Notes: a model not told the origin generated them from the letters alone. Counted from the stretch's first letter, positions 22,160 to 33,193 are shown. The stretch is 64,000 nt of DNA from Nitrospirota bacterium (GCA_963845065.1 CAWJQQ010000002.1:384001-448000); one strand, 5' to 3'. Made by a program: numbers and translations.

Positions 22160-23727
22160 ATGGTTAAGTGGACTGAACTTGGTGTTTTTATTTTTTTCTT
22201 CCTGTTAGTAATTAGTAACCGTACCTCGGCTTTATTGCCGCGAAGTGGAGACGAGGTGATCTCAACCGCATCGAAGAGTGGGGACTTGCAGGACGACGGT
22301 TTGGGACTCTGGTAACGTGGTTCCTTGTAGGGGGAGATTTCTATACTGCGTATACGGTGATTGCGGTCCCTGCGCTGGTTTTCGGCGTGGGCGCCATGGG
22401 TCTGTTTGCTCTGCCGTATACGATCATCGTCTATCCTATCGTTTATCTCACTATGCCGCGCCTGTGGGCTGTGGCCAAACAGCATGGGTTTGTGACTCCT
22501 GCTGATTTTGTGCGCGGACGCTACGGTTCGCCCAGTCTTGCGCTGGCTGTTACGTTTACCGGGATACTGGCGACCATGCCGTACATAGCGTTGCAACTGG
22601 TAGGTATTCAGGTCGTAATCAGGGCCCTGGGAATACTCGGCGCCGGATGGATGAAAGATCTGCCGCTCATTATTGCATTTGTGATACTTGCACTGTATAC
22701 GTACACAAACGGCCTGCGTGCTCCGGCGCTCATAGCGCTGGTCAAAGATTCGATGATCTATCTTATGGTCATCGCCGCGGTAATTATGATACCAGCGGCA
22801 CTGGGCGGGTACTCAGAGGTGTTCAGGCTTGCTGATCGGGCGCTTGCCGCAAAAGCGACCGTGGGCCATCTTATTCTCCCCGCTGCCGGCTTTAGCACAT
22901 ATGCGACGCTTGCGTTCGGTTCAGCGCTGGCAGCTTTTGTCTATCCGCATACCATTACGGGCATCCTGAGCTCATCCAGCGGCCACGCCATCAGGCGCAA
23001 TGCGGCCCTTTTGCTCGCGTATAAGTTTCTTCTTGGGTTGATAGCTCTTCTCGGGCTAATGGCCCTTGCAGCTGGTATCAATCCCCCGACCCCGAACGAC
23101 GCTGTTCCCCAACTGTTTCTCAAGATGTTTCCGCCATGGTTCAGGGGGTTCTGTTTTGCTGCTATCGTGCTCGGGGCGCTCGTACCCGCGGCTATCATGT
23201 CCATTGCTGCGGCAAACCTGTTTACACGGAATATCTATCGTGAATACATCAGGCCAGACGTAACGCAACAGCAAGAAGCCAAAGTGGCAAAGCTCGTGTC
23301 CCTGGTTGTAAAACTCGGAGCGCTTGCCTTTGTAATTTTCCTGCCACTGCAATACGCCATCGTGCTGCAGTTGCTGGGAGGCATCTGGATCGTAGAGACC
23401 TTTCCTTCGATCATCTTTGGTCTTTTTACCCGCTGGCTTCACCATCGTGCGCTGCTCGTTGGCTGGTTTGCAGGCATGATTATCGGAACAGGAATGGTGG
23501 CCACATCGGGTTTTAAGTCACCAATCTATACGCTCCATTTGGGTAGCTTGGCTATTCCGGCATACGCGGGGGTATATGCCTTAGCGGTGAACCTCATCAT
23601 CTCAGTAGTTCTGACCGTGGTCTTTGATGCCATAGGCATAAAACGGTTACCTGACAAGACCCGGCAAGAGGATTATGACGAAGACGCGGTAAGTGTTATG
23701 GTTACAGATATAAAAAAAGCAGCCTGA
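22160..23727 (+). pseudogene. Sodium:solute symporter (MctP-like monocarboxylate transporter), frameshifted near the 5' end
   Basis: ATG 22160 with RBS GGAGG reads MVKWTELGVFIFFFLLV, then shifts to ...KWRRGDLNRIEEWGLAGRRFGTLVTWFLVGGDFYTAYT; 7-bp duplication TTAGTAA plus 1 extra base. Confidence 0.8.
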
Positions 23728-23777
23728 CCACTCCCCATTGTTAAAAGCAGGGGACTTTGCGCGAAGTTTTCGGTAAA
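23725..23777 (-). mobile_element. Minimal IS200/IS605-type palindromic remnant
   Basis: TTTACCGAAA...AAAGTCCCC..GGGGAGTGGTCA, similar to the left end at 15225-15273. Confidence 0.45.
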
Positions 23778-24214
23778 GGGTAGAGAAAAAGGAAAGGGTT
23801 ACAGAAGTATTCAAGAACCTTGCTCTATACACGTATACACGGCCCCGACAGATTAGTGGTCGCATTTCCTCCAATCTGCCGGGGTCGTTTACGAGATGTA
23901 TGCTATGACTGGAAGCTGTTACAATTCATGTTGTATCAAGAAAGACGAACTTCACGCGACATAAAGTTGTCACGTAGGGAACGTTAAAAAGCCTTAATTT
24001 TCGAATAAATTGCTTTCCCTCACTCCTAATATCGTCAAAACGTCCTTATACACGACGATCTTTGAAATGCGAGACGCAGTTTTCTGACCTAAGAAAACTA
24101 TTTCTTAACACAATAATTATTCTTTAGATGGCTCTTCGCGATACACCCGTTCTGGCGCCGGCCTCCGCTTGCGTAAGGTTATCCAGATCGTAGAGCTCTG
24201 CAGCGATCGGTATA

Positions 24215-24351
24215 GTGAATTACCCCGCAGCAGAGCTGCGGGGCATCAAAACCGATAGAACCTAAAACCAATCAGATTCTTATCCTGACTTCGTCAGGAT
24301 TGTCCTTTTCATCCCCGCAGTAGAACTGCTGGGTATTCAAGGACAGGTTTT
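24215..24351 (-). mobile_element. IS200/IS605-derived PATE-like mini element
   Basis: Preceded on the minus strand by TTTAT; left hairpin CCCAGCAGTTCTACTGCGGGGATGAA; right hairpin CCCCGCAGCTCTGCTGCGGGG ending TAATTCAC. Confidence 0.7.
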
Positions 24352-24419
24352 ATAAATTGTTGTTTTAGAAGTGTGATGTGTTGAGTATATGTTCTTTATC
24401 TGAAACTCTAACCTGAGAG

Positions 24420-25160
24420 TCACAACCGTTTCCACTGCTTCGTGTCAGGGTTAAATGCCTCGCTGAATGCGGTAACCTCTTCTTTTAGCCCAACTTCGTA
24501 ACCTTCACTCAGACCGAAATTCACTAGCATTTTGATGGAATGGAGTGAACTCAGGCTATTGGCTCCGATCCTGACTGCAAGCTTGTTTGCCTCCTCATCA
24601 ATGATATCTGCCGGGACGATATAGTTGACCAGTCCGATCCTTAGTGCCTCCTCAGCATCGATAATGCGGCCGGTATAGAGCAATTCCTTGGCCCTGCCAA
24701 TGCCCACTGTTTTATAGAGCCGCTGTGATGTTCCAAAAATAGGTGGCACACCGAACTGTGCCTCAGGAAACGAAAAGACCGTACCAGTCGAGGCGATTCT
24801 AATGTCCGCCGCGAGTGCCAGTCCAATGCCCACTCCCGTAGTTTCGCCTTTGACCACGGCTATGACCGGTACCGGAAGATTCTCAATGTGCTTGAGAAGG
24901 CTGTACCCTACCTCGGCAAAGTGTCCGGCTTCGTCTTTTGACATTTTCACGAATCCTGCATAATCGATTCCCGCGGAGAAGTTCTTCCCCTTCGCCGAGA
25001 CCACGACCACGCGAAGCTCAGCCTTGGTGGAGAGCAGATCGCTCACAGTCTTGTTCAGCATCGAAAGGACTTCCTTATCCAGATAGTTATCCGGCGGATT
25101 GTCTATGGTGAGTGTGCTGATCCAATTGTCGCATTCTACATTTACGTATATATGTGACAT
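24420..25160 (-). CDS. Enoyl-CoA hydratase/isomerase (crotonase) family protein
   Basis: FSAGID, PVPVIAVV.G, ALAADIRIA, FPEAQFG and AEEALRIGLVN motifs. Confidence 0.9.
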   Translation of the reverse strand: MSHIYVNVECDNWISTLTIDNPPDNYLDKEVLSMLNKTVSDLLSTKAELRVVVVSAKGKNFSAGIDYAGFVKMSKDEAGHFAEVGYSLLKHIENLPVPVIAVVKGETTGVGIGLALAADIRIASTGTVFSFPEAQFGVPPIFGTSQRLYKTVGIGRAKELLYTGRIIDAEEALRIGLVNYIVPADIIDEEANKLAVRIGANSLSSLHSIKMLVNFGLSEGYEVGLKEEVTAFSEAFNPDTKQWKRL

Positions 25161-25190
25161 GATTTCCTCCATTTCGCATTCCTCAATTTA

Positions 25191-28100
25191 TTATGCGGTC
25201 TCCCAGTTCTTCTTCTCTAGAATATAGTAAAATACTGGGATCACTACCAGCGTGAGCACTGTGGATGCCATCATCCCGAAGATGAGCGCAAGGGCCAGAC
25301 CGGACCAGACCGGATCTGTCACGATTACGGCGGAGCCGAGGATCGCCGCTGCCGCGGTCAGCACAATGGGACGGGTACGGATCGCACCTGCCTCGATCAG
25401 CGCCTGCACGAGCGGCATGCCTTCCTGCTTCTTGTCCAAGATGAATTCAAGCAACACGATTGAATTTCTGACTACGATGCCCGCCAAGGCGATCACGCCG
25501 ATCATGGAAGTAGCGCTGAAGTAAACATTGGTCATAGCAAAGCCGGGCATGATGCCGATCATCGAGAGTGGTATCGCGGCCATGATAACAACCGGGATGG
25601 TGAAGGACCGGAATCTGCCTACGAGCAAGAGGTAGATCGCGATCAGGGCCACGCCCATGGCCGCGCCGAGGTCGCGAAATACATCAAGCGTAAGCTTCAT
25701 TTCGCCGTCCCATTTAAGCTTATATCCCTCTGGCAACGGATGCTTCCAAAGATAGCGCATCATATCTATGACCGCGTAGACCTGGCTCCGGTTGCCCATC
25801 TCGCCATAGACGTAAGTCACAGGCTGCAGGTTTTTATGATAAATGGTCTTGTCCATCTCCGAGGGTACGATCTTCACCAAAGATGAGAGTGGCACCTGGC
25901 TGCCTTGTGGGCTGCTCAGATATACTTTATCCATGTCTGACAGCCCGCTACGGTCGCCTTTTGGCAGACGCAGCATGATCACTACGGGTGTCTTAGTCTC
26001 GGGGCGGTGCAGGGTGGATACGGCCATGCCCGCCACCGAAAGCCGCAGAGTCTGCACGATCTGTTCCGTCGAGATGCCCATAAGTGCCGCCTTTTCCTTG
26101 TCCACGAGCAACTGGTACTTGACCTGTATCTCTTTCACGCTGTCGTCGATGTCCACGACCTGGTCCGTTTTCGCAAAGAGTGTCTTGATATCCTGGGCGA
26201 TTTCCCGCTGTTTGTTGTAATCGGGGCCGTAGATTTCCGCCACGACGGTGGCGCGGACCGGTGGACCCGGCGGATCTTCGACAAGTTTAATGTTCGCACC
26301 ATAGGCCCGCGCGAGTTTGTCGATGTCAGGTCTGATTTGGAGTACAATCATTTCGCTCGACCGTTTCCGCTTTTCCTTGTCAATGAGGTTCACGCGGATA
26401 TCGGCGAAATGGCTTGCCTCACGGAATGCACTTCCTCGAAGCAGACCGTTAAAATCCATCACCGAACCGGTTCCGACAAAGGTCTCATAATCCTTCACCT
26501 CCGGGATGCGACGGATGTAGTCGCCTACTGCACGCACCACGCGGTCCGTGTTCTCTATCACTGTGCCAGCGGGCATGTCAATGGAAACGAGAAAAGTGTT
26601 CTTGTTCGCTTTGGGCAGCATGCGGAATTTAACCCACTGAAACACAGGAAAGCTCATGGTGATGAGAAAAAACACGGTAATGATGCCAAGAAAAATCCTG
26701 CGTTTAGTCACATTCTCGAGCAGCGGTGAGAGAATCTTTTTATACAAACGAAAGCTCTTTGTCTCTTCTAGTGATGGCTGCGTTGTGCCATGGCTATCCG
26801 ACTTCATCAGCCGGTAGCTCGCCCAGGGCGTGACCACAAAGGCAACAAGGAGCGACGTGATCATTGCTACAGGCACATTAAAGGGAATCGGCATCATATA
26901 GGGTCCCATCATCCCCGTCACAAAAGCCATAGGGATGAAGGCCAACACTACAGTCAGCGTCGCCAAAATGGTAGGCATGCCGATCTCGTTCACAGCCAGG
27001 ATTGCGCCTTGCAGCCGCGAGTGCTGCTGCAGCTTATAATGGCGGTGTATATTCTCGACCACTACGATGGCGTCGTCCACAAGAAGTCCGAGCGACAGAA
27101 TCAGGGCAAAGAGCGTGATCCGGTTGATGGTCTGGCCCGCCACCATGCCTACGGCCAGGGTGATGAAGAGTGTGAGCGGTATGGCAAGCGCCACGATGGC
27201 CGCTTCGCGCCACCCGAGGGTAAAGAACAGCAGGATGATGACCACAATGATCGAGACCACGAGGTGGAACACCAGTTCGTTCACCGCATCGTTCGCCGTC
27301 TTGCCGTCATTCCGCGTTACCGTAACTGCGATGCCGGAGGGGATCTGCGTTTTTTTCAGTAAGTCGAGCTTTGCCAGAATCTCATTCGAAATTTTCACGG
27401 CATTCAGCTTCTGCTGTTTTGCCAGCGCTATGGTAACGGCCGGCCTCTCAGGAGATGTGCTCCTACTGTCCGCTTGTGTGACGCCATGATCCGCTTCATG
27501 ATTGATGTTGAAGGCTATTCGCGTGAGCTTCACAGTTTCTTCGAATCCGTCGGTAACGTCCGCCACGTCGCTTAGATATATTGGTTTACCGTTCGCGACA
27601 CCGACCACGGCGTTCCTCACGTCACTCGCCTTCTCAAAAAAACCGCCGGTCTCGAGCGGAAGCTTCCTGCTGCCCTGCTCAAGATTTCCAGACAGCATAT
27701 TTTCGTTCGACACATTGATCGCTCCTGCTATCTGGAGCGGAGAGAGCCCGTAGGCAGCGACCCGGAAAGGGTCTAGTGTTACCCTTACTTGTCGATTCCT
27801 TCCGCCTATGATGTCGGTATTACCGACTCCTGGTACTTTTCGCAATTCGTCGAGCACATGATCTGCCACGATCCGGAGCTGTCCATCGTCGTAATTTGTT
27901 CCCGGCGCTCCTGAAAGCGTGATCGCCACGATAGGCACATCGTCCACATCAATGGGCTTCACCAGCGGCTGGGATGCTCCGGGCGGGGCGATATCCATGT
28001 TGGACATGAGTTTGTCATAGAGCTTTACCATTGACCGCTCTTTGTCCTGTCCCACGTAGAATTTCACGGTAACCACGGACATTGAGTTCATGGATACCGA

Positions 28101-28358
28101 GTAGACATCCTCAACTCCCGGAATCTCCCAGAGCTTGGCTTCGAGTGGTTTTGAAATGAGTTCTTCGACTTCCTGAGCTGAGGCGCCGGGCATCATGACC
28201 ATCACGTTAGCTGCGGGTACGGTGATCTGTGGGTTTTCCTCTCGCGGGGTGAACCACAGGGCGAAGAGGCCCAGTATTGCCGTTGCCGCCATGAGTAGCA
28301 CAGTGAGCTGGGAGTTGATGAAGTATTGCGTTATCTTTCCGCTGATGTTGAGTTTCAT
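25191..28358 (-). CDS. RND efflux permease (AcrB/CusA family)
   Basis: 1055 aa; PREENPQI, GLLVDDAIVVVENI, GIVVRNSI and RTRPIVLT motifs. Confidence 0.95.
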   Translation of the reverse strand: MKLNISGKITQYFINSQLTVLLMAATAILGLFALWFTPREENPQITVPAANVMVMMPGASAQEVEELISKPLEAKLWEIPGVEDVYSVSMNSMSVVTVKFYVGQDKERSMVKLYDKLMSNMDIAPPGASQPLVKPIDVDDVPIVAITLSGAPGTNYDDGQLRIVADHVLDELRKVPGVGNTDIIGGRNRQVRVTLDPFRVAAYGLSPLQIAGAINVSNENMLSGNLEQGSRKLPLETGGFFEKASDVRNAVVGVANGKPIYLSDVADVTDGFEETVKLTRIAFNINHEADHGVTQADSRSTSPERPAVTIALAKQQKLNAVKISNEILAKLDLLKKTQIPSGIAVTVTRNDGKTANDAVNELVFHLVVSIIVVIILLFFTLGWREAAIVALAIPLTLFITLAVGMVAGQTINRITLFALILSLGLLVDDAIVVVENIHRHYKLQQHSRLQGAILAVNEIGMPTILATLTVVLAFIPMAFVTGMMGPYMMPIPFNVPVAMITSLLVAFVVTPWASYRLMKSDSHGTTQPSLEETKSFRLYKKILSPLLENVTKRRIFLGIITVFFLITMSFPVFQWVKFRMLPKANKNTFLVSIDMPAGTVIENTDRVVRAVGDYIRRIPEVKDYETFVGTGSVMDFNGLLRGSAFREASHFADIRVNLIDKEKRKRSSEMIVLQIRPDIDKLARAYGANIKLVEDPPGPPVRATVVAEIYGPDYNKQREIAQDIKTLFAKTDQVVDIDDSVKEIQVKYQLLVDKEKAALMGISTEQIVQTLRLSVAGMAVSTLHRPETKTPVVIMLRLPKGDRSGLSDMDKVYLSSPQGSQVPLSSLVKIVPSEMDKTIYHKNLQPVTYVYGEMGNRSQVYAVIDMMRYLWKHPLPEGYKLKWDGEMKLTLDVFRDLGAAMGVALIAIYLLLVGRFRSFTIPVVIMAAIPLSMIGIMPGFAMTNVYFSATSMIGVIALAGIVVRNSIVLLEFILDKKQEGMPLVQALIEAGAIRTRPIVLTAAAAILGSAVIVTDPVWSGLALALIFGMMASTVLTLVVIPVFYYILEKKNWETA

Positions 28359-28445
28359 GATGTATCCTTATGGACAACGTGAATAGAGAAACGTGAATGT
28401 TCCCACCGATCCTTTTACGTTTCCCACCTCACGCTTTACGATTTG

Positions 28446-29534
28446 TTATTTCTGCGCCACAATGACTTTCCTGCCATCTATGCTCGTAGTCTGCCTGTTC
28501 ACGATCACTCTGTCGCCTGACTTGAGGCCGGTCACTGCTTCGATCTGGTCGCCCTGGAAGTCGCCGGGCTGGATCATCTGGAACTCAGCGCTCCCCTCGG
28601 CGGTTACGATATAGACACCCAACAGGCCCGACATCGTGACGACCGCCGATCGGGGCACGAAGATTGCCTCGCGTTTGCCGATGCTAAAGAACGCCTTACC
28701 GTACATGCCCGTAATGAGGTTCTTAGCAGCAGGGATATCGATCTTGACCACAAATGAGTGGGTCCGCACATCGGCAGCCTGGACCACCTGGGCGACGCGT
28801 CCCCTGATCTCCATGCTTGGCAGCGCATCGATCCGGACGGTTACGGTTTTGCGGGGCTTGATTGAGCTGAGTTCTTGCTCCCGGACCGTGACCTCGAGCC
28901 AGAGGTTCTTGTTGTCTTCAATCCTAAGGAGAGGTTGGCCGGGAAGCGCCATTTCACCGAGATTTATCCTTTTTTCCACAATCTGGCCTGCTATAGGCGC
29001 CGTAATGATCGTGTAGCTTTCCATTGCTTTCGCCGCGTTCAGCCCGGCCTTGGCCGACTCAAATCCGAGAGTAGCCTGGTCCATCTCCATCTGCGTGGCT
29101 GCTTGCACATCGAAGAGGCTCTTGAGCCGCTCATACTGAAGTCTTGCATTATTGAACGAGGCCTTGGCCTGGTACATTTGGGCACTGATCTCGCCACTTT
29201 CGATCTTGAGCAGCAGTTTGCCCGCGGTCACATAACTTCCTTCTTGGACCGTCAGTTCCGTGACTTTTCCCATCACCTTGCTGGAAAGCACCGAGGTATT
29301 CTTGGAGTTGAGTGTCCCGACCGCGGACATGACCGCATCGACGGTTCTGGGTTCGACCAAGATTGTCGAGACATGTATCGGATCTTCGGACTTCGGTACA
29401 TTCGCATAGCTGTTGCTCTTGCCAAAGGTCATATATCCAAAGCCCAGTACTGCCACGGCTACGCAAACCGATGCTCCGGCAATAACTTTTTTATTAATGA
29501 TTTTCATCTTTCCTTTTAAGTTTTGTACATCCAT
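28446..29534 (-). CDS. RND periplasmic adaptor subunit
   Basis: N-terminal TM, lipoyl halves (V.EG..V..G, ITAPIAG), GMYG motif. Confidence 0.93.
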   Translation of the reverse strand: MDVQNLKGKMKIINKKVIAGASVCVAVAVLGFGYMTFGKSNSYANVPKSEDPIHVSTILVEPRTVDAVMSAVGTLNSKNTSVLSSKVMGKVTELTVQEGSYVTAGKLLLKIESGEISAQMYQAKASFNNARLQYERLKSLFDVQAATQMEMDQATLGFESAKAGLNAAKAMESYTIITAPIAGQIVEKRINLGEMALPGQPLLRIEDNKNLWLEVTVREQELSSIKPRKTVTVRIDALPSMEIRGRVAQVVQAADVRTHSFVVKIDIPAAKNLITGMYGKAFFSIGKREAIFVPRSAVVTMSGLLGVYIVTAEGSAEFQMIQPGDFQGDQIEAVTGLKSGDRVIVNRQTTSIDGRKVIVAQK

Positions 29535-29573
29535 GATAATCTCCTCACTTTCAATTTCATTCTCAATCTTATC

Positions 29574-30929
29574 TTACAATGTCCCTGTAGCTAGCTTCAG
29601 CTCCGTTTGGGCAATATTATTGTCATAGAGCGCTTGAAGGGCGTTGGTCCGCGACCTGATGAGCGCGTTCTCCGCGCCTAGTACGTCAACGAAAGTCGTC
29701 ATACCGGTTTCATACCGTTTCTGCACTATTCGGAGGCCTTCCTCGGCCTCCTGGACCGATGATCCCGATGCCGAGATCCGGTCGGTGGAAGCCGTCAAGT
29801 TGTAGTACGCCTGTCTGACCTGGAGTTGAACCACCGACTTTGTCTGCTCCTCAAGCGCCTGCATACGCTTGCTTGTTGCGAGCGCTTCCTTCACTTTAGA
29901 CCTGGTTACAAGACCGTCGAAAAGGTTCCACTGCAGCACAGCCATAACAGCCCAGCTCTTCGCGTCATCGCCAGCGATCTTGCCGCTGTTCCAGTCCATT
30001 TGGCCCGTTACATTGAGACTCGGAAGATAATCGGCCCGGGCCATGGTGACGGATTTCTCTGCATTCAAACGGTTCAGATCCATCGACTGGAGATCGGATC
30101 GTTTCCGAGTCGCTTCGTTGATTAGAACATTTATTTCAGTCGTTTGGTCCTGCTCCGAAAGTGTACCGGCCACCTCGTATTCTGTTCCTTGGGGCACGCC
30201 TATGGCGAAGTTGAGACTCGCCGCTGCAAGCTTTTCACCGTTCTCTGAGCGCGTCAGCATCTCTCTTATTTCGGCTAGCTGCACTTTTGCCTGAAGCAGG
30301 TCGGACTGGAGTACCGCACCCACCTTGAATCTCGCCTCTGCAAGCTGAACGTTCGCCTCGCTCGTTTCGACGGACTGGAGCGCGACGATGTGGTAGTCCT
30401 TGGCGAGCAGCAGCCCATAATATGCTTTGACGACATTGTAAACCGTTTCCTGACGAGTCCGTTCCCGGTCCTGGATCGAGGCATCCTTCGCAAGCCTAGC
30501 CTGATCCCAACCTATGTATTCCTTACCACCATTAAAGACCGGCTGCGTGACCGAGAGCCTCGCGTTGTAGTTCGATATTGCAGCGGGATTATTGATTACC
30601 ACCGGGTTGAAGTCAGTGGGAGTAATAATCTCCTGGTTCAGCTTGGTCCCGAGCACCATCAAAGGATTATCGGTTCTGCTCCAGGTTTCCGATATTGTTA
30701 CCTTCGGCAAAAATCCCGCTGCCGACCCGAGCACTTCGGCGTCGGCTGCTTCAACCCGGGAATCAGCTGCTTTGAGTACGGGGTTATTATGAAGCGCTAT
30801 ATTGACAGCCTGCTCCAGAGTAAGGGACTCAGCTGCGTAGCTGTATGATGCGACGACCAAAACAAGCAGCATGAGCAGAAGAAAATAAAACCCAAAAATT
30901 CTTATTCTGCAGTTCAGGCTGACTGACAT
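29574..30929 (-). CDS. TolC-family outer membrane protein
   Basis: LTLEQAVNIAL.NNP, QPVFNGG, RYETG and LKLATG motifs. Confidence 0.93.
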   Translation of the reverse strand: MSVSLNCRIRIFGFYFLLLMLLVLVVASYSYAAESLTLEQAVNIALHNNPVLKAADSRVEAADAEVLGSAAGFLPKVTISETWSRTDNPLMVLGTKLNQEIITPTDFNPVVINNPAAISNYNARLSVTQPVFNGGKEYIGWDQARLAKDASIQDRERTRQETVYNVVKAYYGLLLAKDYHIVALQSVETSEANVQLAEARFKVGAVLQSDLLQAKVQLAEIREMLTRSENGEKLAAASLNFAIGVPQGTEYEVAGTLSEQDQTTEINVLINEATRKRSDLQSMDLNRLNAEKSVTMARADYLPSLNVTGQMDWNSGKIAGDDAKSWAVMAVLQWNLFDGLVTRSKVKEALATSKRMQALEEQTKSVVQLQVRQAYYNLTASTDRISASGSSVQEAEEGLRIVQKRYETGMTTFVDVLGAENALIRSRTNALQALYDNNIAQTELKLATGTL

Positions 30930-30937
30930 CAAGTCTC

Positions 30938-31264
30938 TTACCCCAAAGATGCATTTCCAGCCATATTCCATAGCATGATTCCGCCTTCCAGATTTTTTAC
31001 TTTATATCCCAACTGTGAAAGATAGGAGCAGGCAAGGCACTCCGGTTGCTTACCCTGCAGTAGACTACGATCTATTTGTCTTTCGGGAGTTCCTTTACCG
31101 GATATCCAGTTCCAGGAGCGGAGCAGATAAGACCCCACAAGGGCCTGCGTCTCGTTTTCCTGGGGCGTTCTTACATCGAGCAATAAAAAATCCTCGCCGC
31201 AATTTATTTATTCGTTCAAGGCCCTTGGCCCGATGTTCTTGTAATCCGGTGAATTGAATAACAT
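30938..31264 (-). pseudogene. Rhodanese-like protein, disrupted
   Basis: MLFNSPDYKNIGPRALNE*INCGEDFLLLDVRTPQE...ELPKDK*IVVYCRVSNRSA/ACSYLSQLGYKVKNLEGGIMLW across several stops and frameshifts. Confidence 0.8.
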
Positions 31265-31410
31265 AATATCCATCCTTAAAAAACAGTTCTTTGCTTATTG
31301 ATTTCCTTATGATAATGGCATGAAGCTTGAACAAGGGACACTGTCAGGGGAATCCTTCGGTGGTGAATGGATGGGAGATGACAGTGCCCGTTGTCCTTGC
31401 TATGGGTATT

Positions 31411-31428
31411 ATTCAACTTACATGCCAA
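31411..31428 (-). promoter_or_regulatory. sigma54-like promoter for the rhodanese-RND operon
   Basis: TTGGCATGTAAGTTGAAT (-24 GG, -12 GA variant); upstream palindromes GACAACATTGTC (31492) and GACAATTTTGTC (31572). Confidence 0.55.
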
Positions 31429-31869
31429 AAAGGTAACCCATTGGTTTTTAAAGTATTAATTACCTACAAGTTTTAGATGGGATTGATGGAAGACAACATT
31501 GTCGACATAAGACTTTTTTTAACTCATTAAAAACAACTTTTATCTTGTATTCATGAACTTTTCCCGCGTTCGACAATTTTGTCAGCTCAACCTCAAGAAA
31601 CGAAAGCTTTTAGCAGCATTCATTACAGTCCTACATGCTACTGCTGCTGTTTCTTGGGCGACGCCTGATGTAGCGCGGCACGACGTCATTTAATTATTTT
31701 GTAGAAAGAAGTTCAAACAGGCAGTCACAGTGGAATACCGGCAATCTTGTTATCAGTATCAGTAGGGTGAGCCGCCTATAGGTCGAGTTCGATGGGAGGA
31801 GGGCTGATTCCTTGATAATTAACCGGACCGTTTGGCGGTTTTTGATGTTATAAATACATCACTAAAATA

Positions 31870-33193
31870 CAGTAATGTCCGGTTACGTTTTTGCATGGAG
31901 AATGCCTTCTCCGGACATTTTATAGCAGTCACGGTCAGGCGGCACGTTCTCAAACTCAGTAGATTCATTTTTGATTTTGCAGCGTAGCTCTCTGACCCTT
32001 TTTATACTGACTTTCTCATTGTGCTGTTCGTGGCAATAAATAGCGAGAAGCAGGTAGGTGATGAGGCCTCCCAGTATTTGGACCATGAGACCATGCTTGC
32101 TTCTTGCAATCAAGTGATAGACCTTCAAATGGCGTTTCCACCAGCCGAAGAAGGTTTCTATGTTCCATCGGAGCTTGTAAACCAGCGCTACCTCCTCGGC
32201 TGAAAGATCGTACCGATCGGTAGCAACCCAGTATTCTTTATTCGCGACACGATAGGCGACTACACGGAGTTCTTTTTCCGTTTGATTCACGCCTTTGGTC
32301 CCGAGCAGGACAACGGCGTCATAGAAAACAATGCTTCCTGGCTTAACGGTATTGGCCTTGATAATAGTAATCGTTGTGTTTTCTTTGATCCGGCAGACAA
32401 AATATTTTCTCTCAATCTGCCACTGATCGAAGCTCTTATGCCGCTGATAGTAACGATCCAGAACACTGGTCTGACCCGGAGAAATAATCTGGCTTACAAA
32501 AGGGCGTTCATCTCCTTTGCCGTGGGTCAAAAATATCTTCGTCGGAATACCACGATTGATATCGAAGCCTATATGCGTCTTGGCTTTTTTTGAGCCGCCC
32601 CGATAATCGGCCCAGTGCATGGAAAGGACTGCATCTATCAAAGATCCATCAACGGCGATAAGGTCGCCGAGATTGCCGTATTCAGTCGGAAGCAGCTTGG
32701 TGGCTTTGGCTTGGAGTGCCAAATATAATTCCATAAGTTGATCAAGGCCTCTTGAATTAATGGCCTCGAAAAAACTGCTTTTATTAATACCGGATTTCGG
32801 CGCAATCGTCTGTCGGGCAAAATCATCTTCCTTGAGGACTTGCAACAGGTGACGACCTGAAGTGTGTTCCTCAAGGTGAAAGTAAATGAGCGCATGAAGC
32901 TGATCTTCAAATTCCATTTGTAGCGGCCTGTTTCCTCGTGCCTTAAGTAGCGTGATGTCGCTTAACGGCGCTTCCAGCGGTTGAAGCAGAAGGCTGAATG
33001 ATGGTCGTTTGCCTGATTTGTTCTTCGGATCGAGCACATAGGGCATTTTCGTAACTCCTTGCAGTTAAAGGTATTTACGAAAATTTTTTCTGTGCACGTT
33101 TTTCTAAATGTCAAGTTAATAGCGACCGAACATTAGAATGTTATGCTTTTTTATTGTCTCCTTTGAATGCAATTTGCTAACCGGACAACGCTG
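31870..33193 (-). mobile_element. IS4-family insertion sequence, intact
   Basis: Imperfect IRs CAGTAATGTCCGGTTA / TAACCGGACAACGCTG; 9-bp target duplication ACTAAAATA at 31861-31869 and 33194-33202. Confidence 0.92.
31883..33046 (-). CDS. IS4-family DDE transposase
   Basis: AVDGS, LDRYY and YKLRWNIETFF (YREK-type) motifs. Confidence 0.93.
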   Translation of the reverse strand: MPYVLDPKNKSGKRPSFSLLLQPLEAPLSDITLLKARGNRPLQMEFEDQLHALIYFHLEEHTSGRHLLQVLKEDDFARQTIAPKSGINKSSFFEAINSRGLDQLMELYLALQAKATKLLPTEYGNLGDLIAVDGSLIDAVLSMHWADYRGGSKKAKTHIGFDINRGIPTKIFLTHGKGDERPFVSQIISPGQTSVLDRYYQRHKSFDQWQIERKYFVCRIKENTTITIIKANTVKPGSIVFYDAVVLLGTKGVNQTEKELRVVAYRVANKEYWVATDRYDLSAEEVALVYKLRWNIETFFGWWKRHLKVYHLIARSKHGLMVQILGGLITYLLLAIYCHEQHNEKVSIKRVRELRCKIKNESTEFENVPPDRDCYKMSGEGILHAKT

